The position numbers and the translations under genes were made by a program. A DNA stretch of 62,744 bases, the filler included. It is 5 parts of 5 records of this genome, joined end to end, with 100 filler letters (N's around TTAATTAATTAA, not from the genome) between each part and the next. Parts side by side here need not be neighbours in the genome. Positions count along the whole stretch, not along the records: positions 1 to 20,323 come from SRR20825006_1945; 4 more parts are not named here. One strand, written 5' to 3'. The notes beneath the pieces were generated by a model. It was not told where the DNA came from. It made no database searches and saw only the letters and a program-made list of their open reading frames with translations. Within the stretch, counting starts at the first letter, position 1. The number at the start of each line of letters is the position of its first letter. Of this stretch, positions 10,049 through 20,157 are shown piece by piece.

Positions 10049-10263
10049 GTCGCTCTCCTTCTGCCGGTCCGATCCATGCCGGAACAGTCCAGATTCATGT
10101 CTTTGACTATAGCACCCCCTGCAGAACCTCTGCCTGCGGTTCTTGCCCATCCCTGCGATCAATTCCTGCAATCGCTATACAACGCAGGCATCGCCTTCCT
10201 ACAATGGCTTCCGAGACAACAAGAAGCCTGACCGCAGGCCCACATGGAGCAGAGGAACAGCGA

Positions 10264-12999
10264 ATGGTATCGCCCCGCGTCTGGCTGGTTTTCGGGCTAT
10301 TGGCCCTGTTGGTGATTTCCCCGCTGCACGCGGCCGAAAATGCGGCCTGCGATGCGGCAGAGCTGACCCTCGCCCAACTGAAACAACAGCGCCAACTGCT
10401 GCGTACCGATCGTGACACCCTGCAATCCATCCTGGATGGCGACATTCCCGCCCCACACCAGCTCAATACCCTGCTGGGCCGCCCCCTGAACCAAAGGCCA
10501 CTGCTGCCCCTGGCCACTCCGCAGCCGCTTTCGGTGGTCGACAGCAAATGCCCGGCCACCCAGAATGATATCGATACGCTGACCCAGCAGATCAACACCC
10601 TGGAAAAGACGCGCCACACATTGCGGCAGGGGTTTTTCGCACTCAATTACCCCCAGCGCCAGGCCTTTCTGAACCTGGCAACGCACCACGCCCAGCTGCA
10701 GGCCCTGTCCGAGAGTCCGGAGACGGACCCATCCATCAGCCAGGCCAGCCAGATCCTGCAACAGCACATCCAGCAAGTGTGGACGGTACTGGGCAAGCTG
10801 CAGAGCGCCCCTGAAGAGGCACTGCAAACCCTGGATACGCTGTGGCTGCAGTTACCCACATTGCGCCCCCCCACCGGCACCAGCTCCTCGGCGTGGCGCA
10901 GCCTGCTCAAAACCCGACTGGACATTCAGAAAGACGTACGCGCGCTCCGCGCCGAACTGTGGCAGAGCCGCCCGCTACTGGACCAGATCAACAACCTGGG
11001 CGGACTGAGTCAGGCTCCGCTGTTGTTACAACACGAAAGCCACCGCATTGGTCTGCGCGTGCTCGATATTCTCTCGTTGATGCGTTACGACCTGAATGGC
11101 CCCATCCGCAACGGCGGCTTCATGCCAGTGGTACAAAACATCCTGGCGCTGATTCTCGGGGGTGTGGGTTTCTGGTTGCTTATTCACCTGGCCCAGCGCA
11201 CCCGCCGCTGGGCGCTGTCACTGCATGATCGGGTGGTTCAGCTCAGCGGTGAGCGCCGCTGGCTGCTCAACGCCAGCCGCCTGATCAGCGGGCTGGCACC
11301 AATTCTGCCGTGGATTCTGATCTGGCTGGTACTCGGGCGGCTGGACCCGCTGCTGGACACCCCGTCCAGCAAGATCCTGTTGTGGCTGCTGCCACTCGCG
11401 CAACTGTATGTGATCTACGGCCTGCTCTGCCTTATCGGCGAATGGCTGGTAATGCGCGTTGCGCAGAGCGCCAATGCTTACCTGGGCGGTGGACAGACCC
11501 AGCAGGTAACACACCACGCCCGAAACCTGGCGCGCTGGATGATTGTCCCCTGGGTGCCGGTCATTGTGGTCTGGGAAAGCCTGGGCCCATCCCTTATGTA
11601 TTACCTGTTTCTCGGGGTACTGCTGGTGGCCATTTACTGGGGGCTCGGGCGCTTGCTGGCGCTGCGCCACCAGGACTACCAGGTGTGCCTGCAGACCTTG
11701 ATGCCCTCGCGGGTAGACCCGCTCATCGCCCGTCTACTCAGCCCCAGCCTGTTCTGGCTGTTCGCGCCCTTGCTGCTACCGGTCGCATTGATCAGCTTTC
11801 TGGTCGGCTTTGTGGACCGAGTGCTGGCGGACTTCGACTGGTACATGCGGCTCAAGGCCCGCTGGTTCAGGTTCCGTGCCACGGTGGCCACCGACGAAGA
11901 CGAGACCGATAACGCAGAACAACCGGCGGCACAGTCCTACGAGCGCTGGTTTGCCTCCGCCCTGCCGGACGATGCGAACAAAACCCCGTTTATCGATACC
12001 GGGCTGGTGGCGGCCATGGAGAAAAGCATCCAGCGCTGGCACGAAGACAAAACCGATGAAAATGCGTTGGTGGTAGCGGGTGAAAAAGGCTGTGGCAAAA
12101 GTGTGTCGTTGGGCAAGCTCAACACGGTGCTGGAAAAAAGCTGTGAATCGTTAACAACCCTGCACCTGAAAGTGCCCCCGAAAACCTGCACACCGGAAGC
12201 CATCCATCAATTGATTGGCGACGCCCTGGGCTCGGATCTGGTCAACGACGGCCCTGCCGCCCTGGTCAAGGAAGACGAACAGCGGCCACCCACGCTGGTG
12301 GTACTGGATGAAGCGCAGAACTTTTTCCTGGCACAGTTGGGCGGCCTGGAAGGCTGGCGTACGGTGCTTAACCTGGTCAATGCCCGGCTGGACAATGTGT
12401 TTTGGTTACTGCTGATCAACAACCAGAGCTGGGCCTATCTATGCAATGTCTTCGGCCGCGAATACCAGTTCCGCAATGTGGTCCGGGTGAAACGCTGGGG
12501 GCAAACCGATATTCGCTCGCTGATCCTCAGCCGCAACCACCTGAGCGGCTTCCAGTTACGCTACGACGAAGTGCTGCTGTCCTCGCGCGGGCCAGAAGCA
12601 GGCAATTTGCGCAACGCGGAACAACGTTATTTCAGCCTGCTGTGGGACGCCAGCCGCGGCAACCCCATGGTGGCCTTACGGTTGTTCCTGACCTCGGTGA
12701 AAGTGAAGGGCCGGCAGGTCACCGTTGGGCTGCCCAACCCGCCTTCCGCCAGCCTGCTCGACGGCATGGGCGACAACTCCCTGTTTGTGTACGCGGCCAT
12801 TGCTACCCACGAGAATCTGACCAGCCACGAAATCAGCGCGGTCACCCATTTGTCGGAAAACATCGTGCGTTACGCATTGAAAGGCGGTTTCGATGCCGGC
12901 TTTCTGCACAAGGATGAAAACAGCCGCTACCGCCTGGTCCCCCTGTGGTACCAGCAGGTGATCAGTTACCTGACACGGAAGAACCTGCTCAATGAATGA
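10264..12999 (+). CDS. Membrane protein with signal peptide, helical periplasmic region, about 6 TM helices, C-terminal P-loop (STAND-like) ATPase and winged helix
   Basis: Signal peptide ending SPLHA; hydrophobic central block; Walker A GEKGCGKS; Walker B LVVLDE; SRGNP (GxP) motif; HTH-like C-terminus. Confidence 0.75.
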   Translation: MVSPRVWLVFGLLALLVISPLHAAENAACDAAELTLAQLKQQRQLLRTDRDTLQSILDGDIPAPHQLNTLLGRPLNQRPLLPLATPQPLSVVDSKCPATQNDIDTLTQQINTLEKTRHTLRQGFFALNYPQRQAFLNLATHHAQLQALSESPETDPSISQASQILQQHIQQVWTVLGKLQSAPEEALQTLDTLWLQLPTLRPPTGTSSSAWRSLLKTRLDIQKDVRALRAELWQSRPLLDQINNLGGLSQAPLLLQHESHRIGLRVLDILSLMRYDLNGPIRNGGFMPVVQNILALILGGVGFWLLIHLAQRTRRWALSLHDRVVQLSGERRWLLNASRLISGLAPILPWILIWLVLGRLDPLLDTPSSKILLWLLPLAQLYVIYGLLCLIGEWLVMRVAQSANAYLGGGQTQQVTHHARNLARWMIVPWVPVIVVWESLGPSLMYYLFLGVLLVAIYWGLGRLLALRHQDYQVCLQTLMPSRVDPLIARLLSPSLFWLFAPLLLPVALISFLVGFVDRVLADFDWYMRLKARWFRFRATVATDEDETDNAEQPAAQSYERWFASALPDDANKTPFIDTGLVAAMEKSIQRWHEDKTDENALVVAGEKGCGKSVSLGKLNTVLEKSCESLTTLHLKVPPKTCTPEAIHQLIGDALGSDLVNDGPAALVKEDEQRPPTLVVLDEAQNFFLAQLGGLEGWRTVLNLVNARLDNVFWLLLINNQSWAYLCNVFGREYQFRNVVRVKRWGQTDIRSLILSRNHLSGFQLRYDEVLLSSRGPEAGNLRNAEQRYFSLLWDASRGNPMVALRLFLTSVKVKGRQVTVGLPNPPSASLLDGMGDNSLFVYAAIATHENLTSHEISAVTHLSENIVRYALKGGFDAGFLHKDENSRYRLVPLWYQQVISYLTRKNLLNE

Positions 13000-13795
13000 T
13001 GGAAATATCGTCAACGACCTGACCGTCGTGGTGGAACTGTTCAATGTCTACGCATTGATGCTGCTGTTTATCGGCGGCCTGGTGCTATGGGCGCTGAACT
13101 GGGGTATCAGCAAGGCGAGCCAGAAGATCACCGAGAAAATGCCCACCCGGCGCTTCCTGATTCTGCAGATCACCACCCTGATCGGGTTTGTGCTCTACAC
13201 CGTGGGTGCCATTGCGCTGGTGATCGGGGTGCTGCAACCGCCCAAGGAATTCATGCTCGCCGCCGGGGGCTCCATTGCGGTGGCACTGGGCTTTGCCCTG
13301 AAAGACATCGCCGCCTCGCTGGTAGCCGGGCTACTTCTGCTGTTCGACCGCCCGTTCCGGGTGGGCGACCGGGTCAGCTTTGATAACGTTTACGGGGAAA
13401 TTGTCTCCATTGGTCTGCGCACCGTGCGCCTGCAAACCCTGGACGACAACCTGGTCACCATTCCCAATTCACGTTTTATCACCGACGTGGTGGCCTCCGG
13501 CAACGCCGGCGAACTGGACATGATGGTGGTCACCGATTTCCACGTGGCGCTGGATGCCAACATCGAGCAGGCCCAGGCCATCGTGGAGGAAATCATCGTC
13601 ACCAGCCGTTACGCCTACCTGAAAAAACCGGTCACCTTTGCCATTGAAGAAATCGAGGTGGGCTACCGGTTGGCCATTCGGCTGCGGGCCAAGGCCTATG
13701 TGCTGGATGTGCATTACGAGAAGGCATTTCAGAGCGATATCGTCGTGCGCGTTTCCAAGCGCTTTAGCGAAATGCAGGTGGCCCGGCCCGCATAA
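12992..13795 (+). CDS. Small-conductance mechanosensitive channel (MscS family)
   Basis: 3 TM helices; GFALKD..AGLLLLFDRPFRVGD, IGLRTV and VTIPNS motifs; overlaps the upstream gene by 8 bp. Confidence 0.92.
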   Translation: MNDGNIVNDLTVVVELFNVYALMLLFIGGLVLWALNWGISKASQKITEKMPTRRFLILQITTLIGFVLYTVGAIALVIGVLQPPKEFMLAAGGSIAVALGFALKDIAASLVAGLLLLFDRPFRVGDRVSFDNVYGEIVSIGLRTVRLQTLDDNLVTIPNSRFITDVVASGNAGELDMMVVTDFHVALDANIEQAQAIVEEIIVTSRYAYLKKPVTFAIEEIEVGYRLAIRLRAKAYVLDVHYEKAFQSDIVVRVSKRFSEMQVARPA

Positions 13796-13807
13796 ACCGT
13801 CGGGCCG

Positions 13808-14104
13808 TTATTCCGCGTTCTTTTTGCCATCATCGCTGGCAGGCTTGTCAGCCTCGCCGGACAACACCTCTTCCAGCTCATCACGGGGCATATAATCCAG
13901 ATCCCAGTGGCTGGTGTAGGTTTCTTTCAAACGCCGTCGCCCCCGGTGCAACGGTTCCGGATCTTCATCACTGCCATGGGCGGCGTGGTGTTCACCCAGC
14001 GCTGGCCCCGGTTCGATCTCACTCTTCTCTTCGGCCAGCCCGGTTTCCTGCTCAGGCTTGTGTTTCTTGCGCCCCGGGGTCAGCCATCGTTTCAGCCAGT
14101 GCAT
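13808..14104 (-). CDS. Hypothetical small charged protein
   Basis: Co-oriented downstream of nnrS, GAGGA RBS, fills the gap; no recognisable motif. Confidence 0.45.
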   Translation of the reverse strand: MHWLKRWLTPGRKKHKPEQETGLAEEKSEIEPGPALGEHHAAHGSDEDPEPLHRGRRRLKETYTSHWDLDYMPRDELEEVLSGEADKPASDDGKKNAE

Positions 14105-14141
14105 ACCATCCTCTGCGGCCATTGCTGTTCTGCCCACCCTA

Positions 14142-15350
14142 TCATCCCGGCTTGCCATCCACCCGTGGGCGGGTCAGCACTGGCCCGTAGAGCAGTAAAA
14201 AACCGGCAAAGGCCAGGCTCCACAAACCGGCGGACAGCCACACACCGGATAACCAGGGCAGCCAGCCCAACGCCGCCAGCACCCGCAAACCGCCCGCCGT
14301 CAGCACCAGGGCATACAGCAGGATCCCGCCGGGCGGCAGCGCCATGGCACGGCCGGTATGCCCCACCGCCACACGGGTCATCACCCCCATAATGGTAGTG
14401 CCCATGGCCCCGGCCCCAAGGGCATGCAGCCAGCTGGTCGGCGCCACCCAGTGCCACTGGGCCAGCGCCAGCAACACAAACCCCAGCACCACCCACACAT
14501 GCCCCAGGTGCAAGATCCACAGCAACGGTTCATCGCGAATCTGCCAGGACGACCAACCCGCCAAGCGCAGCAGCGCCATAGCCGCAGCAACGAATGCCAA
14601 CACCGCCAATACCACTCCCTGCATATTGAGCGCCACCAGCACCGCCACCGCCAGCGCCGCTCCCAGGCCCACCGGTGTCATCCAGGGGATAGTACGCACC
14701 CGGGTACTGTCCCGCCCGCGGGCTTGCAGCCAGTTACGCGTAAACGCCGGAGTAATGCGTCCACCGATAATCAATATCAGCACCGCCGCCAACACCACCA
14801 GCGCATGCAAATACCGAGGCGACGCGGACAGATGAAACAACAGATCCAGCCCCCAGCAGGCCGCCAGCACCATCATCAGAATCAGTTGCCGATACTGACG
14901 GGCATGCCAGATGCGAATCCCGGCCAGCCAGGCCAGTAACGGCAAGAAGGCCAGATCGATCACTGTCGCCAAGAGTGGCCAGGCTCCCCCGAACATCATC
15001 GCCAACCGACCGGCCAGCCACAGCAACCACACGGCCAATAGCGGTCCACCGGCCACCGGGCGCGCCCCGGTCCAGTTGCAGACCGCGGTGAGAAGAAAGC
15101 CGGCAATGGCCGCATTGAGAAACCCCGCCAGCATTTCGTGCTGATGCCAGTGCAGGGGCGCCAACGCCAGGTGACTCATGCCGCCCTGAGTCAGCACAAA
15201 CAGCCATAGCGGCACCAATAGCGCAGCAACCAGGGCCGCGGACAGAAAAAACAGACGAAACGGAAACGCGAGCACCGGCGCCTGTAATCCGCGCGCGACC
15301 TGTCGCGCTTCAGTACTGGAGGAATGAGAAGGGGATTCTGGCGGTGTCAT
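14142..15350 (-). CDS. nnrS: NnrS family heme-copper membrane protein (nitrosative stress)
   Basis: FRLFFL, WHQHEMLAGF, GFLLTAVCNWTG, RITPAFT and RVAVGHTGR motifs. Confidence 0.92.
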   Translation of the reverse strand: MTPPESPSHSSSTEARQVARGLQAPVLAFPFRLFFLSAALVAALLVPLWLFVLTQGGMSHLALAPLHWHQHEMLAGFLNAAIAGFLLTAVCNWTGARPVAGGPLLAVWLLWLAGRLAMMFGGAWPLLATVIDLAFLPLLAWLAGIRIWHARQYRQLILMMVLAACWGLDLLFHLSASPRYLHALVVLAAVLILIIGGRITPAFTRNWLQARGRDSTRVRTIPWMTPVGLGAALAVAVLVALNMQGVVLAVLAFVAAAMALLRLAGWSSWQIRDEPLLWILHLGHVWVVLGFVLLALAQWHWVAPTSWLHALGAGAMGTTIMGVMTRVAVGHTGRAMALPPGGILLYALVLTAGGLRVLAALGWLPWLSGVWLSAGLWSLAFAGFLLLYGPVLTRPRVDGKPG

Positions 15351-15423
15351 CAGGCGCTCCCTGCCGAAACAGACACCTTCGAATATACCCGGTTGCAGGG
15401 GAACTTGATGGTAATAACGCGGT

Positions 15424-15454
15424 AAAAACTGACCGAGGTCACGCCCCGGTCAGT
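15424..15454 (-). terminator. Probable rho-independent terminator
   Basis: ACTGACCG..CGGTCAGT stem followed by TTTTT on the minus strand, 10 bp past the hydrolase stop. Confidence 0.55.
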
Positions 15455-15463
15455 CAGGCAGAG

Positions 15464-16369
15464 TCAGGACAGCAACTCAGGGCGCTTCATCAGCCGCGAC
15501 AGTTTTTCCAGACCCTGCTGGCGCAGGTGGGCACTGTCGCGCTTGGAAGGGTGAAAATCACGCTTGTAATAGGCCAGGTAGGATTTACCCAGCTTGCGCA
15601 GCCAACCGGGCTTGCCCACCAACCAGTTGAGCCCCTGACGCACAGATTTCCAGTCAGTGGGATCATCCATTTCGGCGCGCAACTGGTTGTAATGCAGGAT
15701 GGTAAAACCAATAAACTCCACCGTGGTAAAGGCCATCTCCGAGGTACGCACCCAATAGCTGTCCACCTGGTCACGGTACACATCAAAGGCCACGGATTTG
15801 TGTTCGCTTTCTTCCACCGCATGCCACAACCACAGCGGCACCATGCGCTCGTCCATGCCTTCGATAAATTCCGGATGTTCCAGAATCATTTCCGCCAGCA
15901 TGGCGGTGAAATGTTCCAGCGCGCAGGTCTTGGCCAGCTGCCGCTCCGGCGACAACCACTTGGCCATGAATTTCAGACCGTCTTTCACATAAGCATCGAC
16001 CTTGCCGGTGGGCACACCCTTGGATTCCATAAAGGCATTGAAGGCATCGTGCTCATTGCCGTGATGCGCTTCCTGGCCGATAAACCCTTTCACCTGCTCA
16101 CGCAGCAGAGGGTCAGTAAGGGTTTTCTGGAAATGGCGCACGGAACGAACGAAGAAGCGCTCACCTTCCGGAAACGTGCAGGACAGGGCCGTCAAGAGCA
16201 TGGTCTTGAACTGGTCATTGTCAAACCAGTAACGGGGCATGGACGGATCAAATTCAAAATCCATCTTGCGGGGCTGAATGTCACTTTTATTCACTTTTTT
16301 CGGCGGCTGACGCTTGGCCGCTTGATCGCGTTGCCCTGTAGTTATAGTAGTGGCTGCATTGGCATTCAT
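15464..16369 (-). CDS. Predicted metal-dependent hydrolase (ferritin-like fold family)
   Basis: FPEGERFF, FIGQEAHH, ALEHFTA and WHAVEESEHKSVAFDV motifs; GAGGA RBS before ATG 16369. Confidence 0.85.
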   Translation of the reverse strand: MNANAATTITTGQRDQAAKRQPPKKVNKSDIQPRKMDFEFDPSMPRYWFDNDQFKTMLLTALSCTFPEGERFFVRSVRHFQKTLTDPLLREQVKGFIGQEAHHGNEHDAFNAFMESKGVPTGKVDAYVKDGLKFMAKWLSPERQLAKTCALEHFTAMLAEMILEHPEFIEGMDERMVPLWLWHAVEESEHKSVAFDVYRDQVDSYWVRTSEMAFTTVEFIGFTILHYNQLRAEMDDPTDWKSVRQGLNWLVGKPGWLRKLGKSYLAYYKRDFHPSKRDSAHLRQQGLEKLSRLMKRPELLS

Positions 16370-16409
16370 GGCGGTGTCCTCGTTGCTCATGGACACAGTA
16401 TTTGTCAGT

Positions 16410-16437
16410 CACAACTGGCACACTAGTGCAAGTTGTG
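16410..16437. promoter_or_regulatory. Candidate repressor operator (inverted repeat)
   Basis: CACAACTGGCAC-ACTA-GTGCAAGTTGTG, 11/12 matching arms, just upstream of the hydrolase. Confidence 0.5.
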
Positions 16438-16539
16438 CCATTTTGCTGGCGCAACCTGCCCATGCCCGGCTCAATGGGATGAGACCTGTGCGCGGGCGCC
16501 GGTTTACTGTGCCGTCACGCCATCCCGCCACGGCACGGG

Positions 16540-17157
16540 TCAAACCGCGTCGGGTTCTCGCCGGTACAACCGCGCATGAATATCGCCGCTACTTTTTTCT
16601 TTCGACAACACCCAGTGCGCCGGCACCGCAGGCACCTCGCCCTGGCGGCGACTCTCCACATAGATAATGGCCCCGCTCGCTAGCAGCCCATGGGCTTCCA
16701 GCGCCTCACAGGCCGGCGTCACCAAGCCCAGGTCGTAGGGCGGATCAATGAAGATCAGGTCAAACGGTTCCTGTTGCGCAGGCAGCCAACTCAACGCATC
16801 GGCGCAATGCACGGTGATGCGTCCCTCAAACAAAGGGGTTAACTGACGGCTCAAATCCGCGCAGCGTTCGCGCTGTTTTTCGACCAACACCGCATCACGG
16901 GCTCCCCGGCTGAGTGCTTCCGCGCCCAGCGCGCCGGAGCCGGCAAACAGGTCCAGCACACGCAGCCCCGGCACCTCGAATTGCAGCCAGTTAAACAGGG
17001 TTTCACGCATGCGGTCCGACGACGGGCGCAGATCACCGCCGTGGTCCACAAAGTGCAGACGGTGGCCACGCCGTTCGCCACCAATGATCCGCACCTGACC
17101 TTTCTGCGCCGCCCCGGCACTGGCACCGGGGCGTTTGCTGGAACGCTTACGGGGCAC
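16540..17157 (-). CDS. rsmD: 16S rRNA m2G966 methyltransferase
   Basis: RIIGG, LRPSSDRMRETLFNWL, LDLFAGSGALG and DPPY motifs; GTG start with GAGGAG RBS. Confidence 0.93.
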   Translation of the reverse strand: MPRKRSSKRPGASAGAAQKGQVRIIGGERRGHRLHFVDHGGDLRPSSDRMRETLFNWLQFEVPGLRVLDLFAGSGALGAEALSRGARDAVLVEKQRERCADLSRQLTPLFEGRITVHCADALSWLPAQQEPFDLIFIDPPYDLGLVTPACEALEAHGLLASGAIIYVESRRQGEVPAVPAHWVLSKEKSSGDIHARLYRREPDAV

Positions 17158-18589
17158 GGTCAGCGGGCTCCTCGGCTGCGGCCGCGCCAGCGTCGCCATC
17201 GGCCGGACGAATCTGTGGCGCCTTCGGGCCGATGCTGACAATAGCCAGGTTGTCCGGCGTCAAGTTTCGCTGGAACGCAGCCTGAATTTCCTCTGCCGTC
17301 ACCGTGCGCACCTGCTCGTTGAACCATTGCAGGTAATCCAGCGGCAGGTCATAAAAGCCGATAGCGCCAAGCTGGCCGATGATGTCGCTGTTATCCGCCG
17401 TGCCCAGGGCAAAGCTGCCAAGAATGCTGGCGCGGGTTTCTTCCAGCTGTTCCACGGTGGGGCCGTCCTGCACAAACTGGTCGATCAGATCCAGGGTCAG
17501 GGTCAGGGCGTCGTCGGCATTATCATTGGCCGTCTGCAGGCGCACCTGGAACGGGCCGCCGGCGGCCATGGGGCCGAAATGGCTGCTGATGCCGTACACG
17601 TAGCCGCGCTTCTGCCGCACTTCGTCGGTGAGAATGGAGGCAAAGCCACCACCGCCGAGCACCTGATTACCCACATACAGGGCCACATGGTCCGGGTTAC
17701 CCCGCCAGGTGGCCTGATTGCCGAGCAGGATATGGGTCTGGGCGGAGGGAAAAGTAATGTGCTGGCGTTGGCGCTCGGCGAGCGGTGCGGCGCGCTCCAG
17801 CGGCGGCGCCGCCTGGCCTTGCGGCAGTGCTGCGCTGATGTCCGCGGCAATTGTCTCCGCCTGGGCGCGATCCAGATCTCCCACCATGGCAATCACGGTG
17901 TTGCCCGCCGCGTAGTAGGTGCGGTAGAAATCCTGCAGTTGATCACGGGCAATGGCCGGCAGACTCTCGAGGGTGCCATCACTGGGCTGGCCGTAGGGGT
18001 GACCGGCAAACACTGTGGCCTGAAACGCCTTGCTCACCTGCGGGCCGGGCACCTGGGTTTCCATGCGCAGCCCCTGCATCATCTGGGTACGAATTCGCGC
18101 CAGGGTGTCCTGCTCAAACGTCGGACTACCGATCACCTGATTGAACAGCGCCAATACCGGTTCACGGTACTGCGACTCGGACAGGGTACGCAGGCTGATC
18201 ACCCCCATATCCCGGTAGCTGGACGAGGAAAAGCTGGCGCCCTGATCTTCAAAGCCGCGGGCGATATCGTCCACGCTCATGCCATCGGCGCCTTCGCCCA
18301 GCAAGGCGCTGGTGAGTGACGCCAGGCCCGGGTGCGCGCCATCGCGGGCGGAGCCGGCATCACTGACCAGACGAATATCCAGCATGGGCAGCGCATCGCT
18401 GGCCACAAACAACACCTTCGCCCCTTGTTCGGTTTGCCAGGACTGGATATCCAACGCTGGCGCTTGCGGGTCGGTTGCTGCGACCTGCGCTTCGCTACGG
18501 GGGAAAGAACCCGAAAAAGTCCCGGCACAGGCACTCAGTAGCGCGCCCAGGACAAGCAGGCAGGCCAATCGGAAAACGTTCATCTTCAT
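17147..18589 (-). CDS. M16 family peptidase, non-catalytic partner subunit (lipoprotein)
   Basis: Lipobox LSAC; M16 fold motifs without HxxEH; EVRQKRGYVYG. Confidence 0.85.
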   Translation of the reverse strand: MKMNVFRLACLLVLGALLSACAGTFSGSFPRSEAQVAATDPQAPALDIQSWQTEQGAKVLFVASDALPMLDIRLVSDAGSARDGAHPGLASLTSALLGEGADGMSVDDIARGFEDQGASFSSSSYRDMGVISLRTLSESQYREPVLALFNQVIGSPTFEQDTLARIRTQMMQGLRMETQVPGPQVSKAFQATVFAGHPYGQPSDGTLESLPAIARDQLQDFYRTYYAAGNTVIAMVGDLDRAQAETIAADISAALPQGQAAPPLERAAPLAERQRQHITFPSAQTHILLGNQATWRGNPDHVALYVGNQVLGGGGFASILTDEVRQKRGYVYGISSHFGPMAAGGPFQVRLQTANDNADDALTLTLDLIDQFVQDGPTVEQLEETRASILGSFALGTADNSDIIGQLGAIGFYDLPLDYLQWFNEQVRTVTAEEIQAAFQRNLTPDNLAIVSIGPKAPQIRPADGDAGAAAAEEPADRAP

Positions 18590-19938
18590 GGTTGCGGCTC
18601 CGCTTGCGGTTGATCAGAGGTAGGCGCTTTCGGTTTCACCGTGCCCACGGTCAGGCGCTCCGGCACCAGCCATTGCTGTGCCACGCGCTGCACGTCCTCG
18701 GCGGTCACCGCTTCCAGGTTCTCGGCGAAACGGGCAGACAAATCAATATCCAGCCCAAGGGTACTCAACATGCCCAGTTCCATGGCCTGCCCCATGACCG
18801 AATCTTTCTCGAACACCTGCCCCGCCAGCACCCCGGCTCGCACCCGGGCCATTTCCGCGTCAGTGGGCAACGTAGTCTGCAATCGTTCAATCTGCGCCAG
18901 CAGCCCTTTCTCCACTTGTTCGAGGGTCACATCCGGGCTGGGGGCGGCGGTCAGGGTAAAGGTGCCATCGCCCCGCTGAATCCCGCTGTAACTGGCACCG
19001 GCACCAGCCACCAGCCGTTCACCACGCACCAGGTCCGTTTCGATCCGTGAGCTCATGCCGCCATCGAGCACGCCAGCCAGCATGGTCAGGGCATAGAAAT
19101 CGCGCTTGTCTTCCAGCGTGACCAGCGATGGCACGTTGTACATCATGTACAGGGAAGGCACTTTTACCGGCAGATTCAGCGCCAGACGACGCTCGCCGGC
19201 CGGCGGGTTCACCGTCTGCCTGGGGCGCGGAGGTGTCTGCCCGGACGGCAGGTCCGCAAAGAATTTCTCCACCAGAGGCTCCACCTGTTCACGGGTCACA
19301 TCCCCGGCAACCACCAGGGTGGCGTTGCCCGGCACATAGAACCGCTGATACCAGCTACGCGCCTGCTCTGGCTGCAGCTGAGCCAGCAGGGAGCGCCAGC
19401 CAATAATCGGGTGGGCGTAGCCTGTACCCGGGCGAGCCACGGCCTGGAATTTTTCCCAGGCCAACGCATTGGGGTTATCGTCGGTGCGCATGCGCCGCTC
19501 TTCCATCACCACGTCCAGCTCGCGAGCAAATTCCTCGTCATCAATCTTCAGGTGCCCAAGGCGTTCTGCCTCCAACTCCAGCGCCAGTGGCAAACGCGAC
19601 ACTTCGTATTGCTGAAAATAGGCGGTGTAGTCATAACTGGTGAAGGCGTTATCGCTGCCCCCGTAACGGGAGACCAGTTTGGAGAAGTCACCGGGGCCCA
19701 GTTTTTCGGTGCCCTTGAACATCATGTGCTCGAGCACGTGGGCCAGCCCGGCTTCATGGGGGGCTTCGTCAATGCTGCCCGCCTTGAACCACACCATCAC
19801 CGTAACCACCGGCGCCCGGTGATCTTCGCGGATCAGCACTTTCAGGCCGTTATCCAGCGTAAAGGCATGGGTCGGCAGCGCCGCCTGGGCCGTCAGCGAC
19901 CACAGGCCCAGCGCCAGTACCGTTATCAGTCTTTTCAT
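18586..19938 (-). CDS. M16 family zinc peptidase, catalytic subunit
   Basis: Signal peptide; HVLEHMMFKGT (HxxEH); NAFTSYDYT; VVMEERR. Confidence 0.92.
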   Translation of the reverse strand: MKRLITVLALGLWSLTAQAALPTHAFTLDNGLKVLIREDHRAPVVTVMVWFKAGSIDEAPHEAGLAHVLEHMMFKGTEKLGPGDFSKLVSRYGGSDNAFTSYDYTAYFQQYEVSRLPLALELEAERLGHLKIDDEEFARELDVVMEERRMRTDDNPNALAWEKFQAVARPGTGYAHPIIGWRSLLAQLQPEQARSWYQRFYVPGNATLVVAGDVTREQVEPLVEKFFADLPSGQTPPRPRQTVNPPAGERRLALNLPVKVPSLYMMYNVPSLVTLEDKRDFYALTMLAGVLDGGMSSRIETDLVRGERLVAGAGASYSGIQRGDGTFTLTAAPSPDVTLEQVEKGLLAQIERLQTTLPTDAEMARVRAGVLAGQVFEKDSVMGQAMELGMLSTLGLDIDLSARFAENLEAVTAEDVQRVAQQWLVPERLTVGTVKPKAPTSDQPQAEPQP

Positions 19939-20157
19939 GGAATACCTCTATTGGGGGCACACATGTGTTGAGAACCACAAACCCGAAGCTGCTCCCCTCT
20001 CCCCATAATGGTAGGATAGCGGCGCGTTCGCCCCCGCGAACGGCAACTCTGCAAGCAGGGCCTTTTTTTCTCCGGCATAGCATACCGGGTTATCGCCCTG
20101 CTCTTGCAGCCTCATTGCAAAAGAAGGATCACCCTTCTTGATTGGATACGACTGATC

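Noticed and set aside
10000-10263. N-terminal extension making the ATPase 999 aa
   Set aside because: Overlaps the divergent CBS gene. ATG 10264 has a GAGGA RBS and starts a signal peptide.
15405-15418. FNR/DNR-like site TTGAT-N4-ATAAC upstream of nnrS
   Set aside because: Only one good half-site, and spacing to the best -10 (TATATT) is about 5 bp off class II geometry. Plausible but unsupported.
16416-16440. TGGCAC..TGCA resembling a sigma54 promoter
   Set aside because: GG-GC spacing is 9 (plus) or 8 (minus), not the required 10
17135-18319. 394-aa plus-strand ORF and similar long antisense ORFs (27058-28308, 55833-58186, 59315-60325)
   Set aside because: Shadows of well-supported genes on the opposite strand
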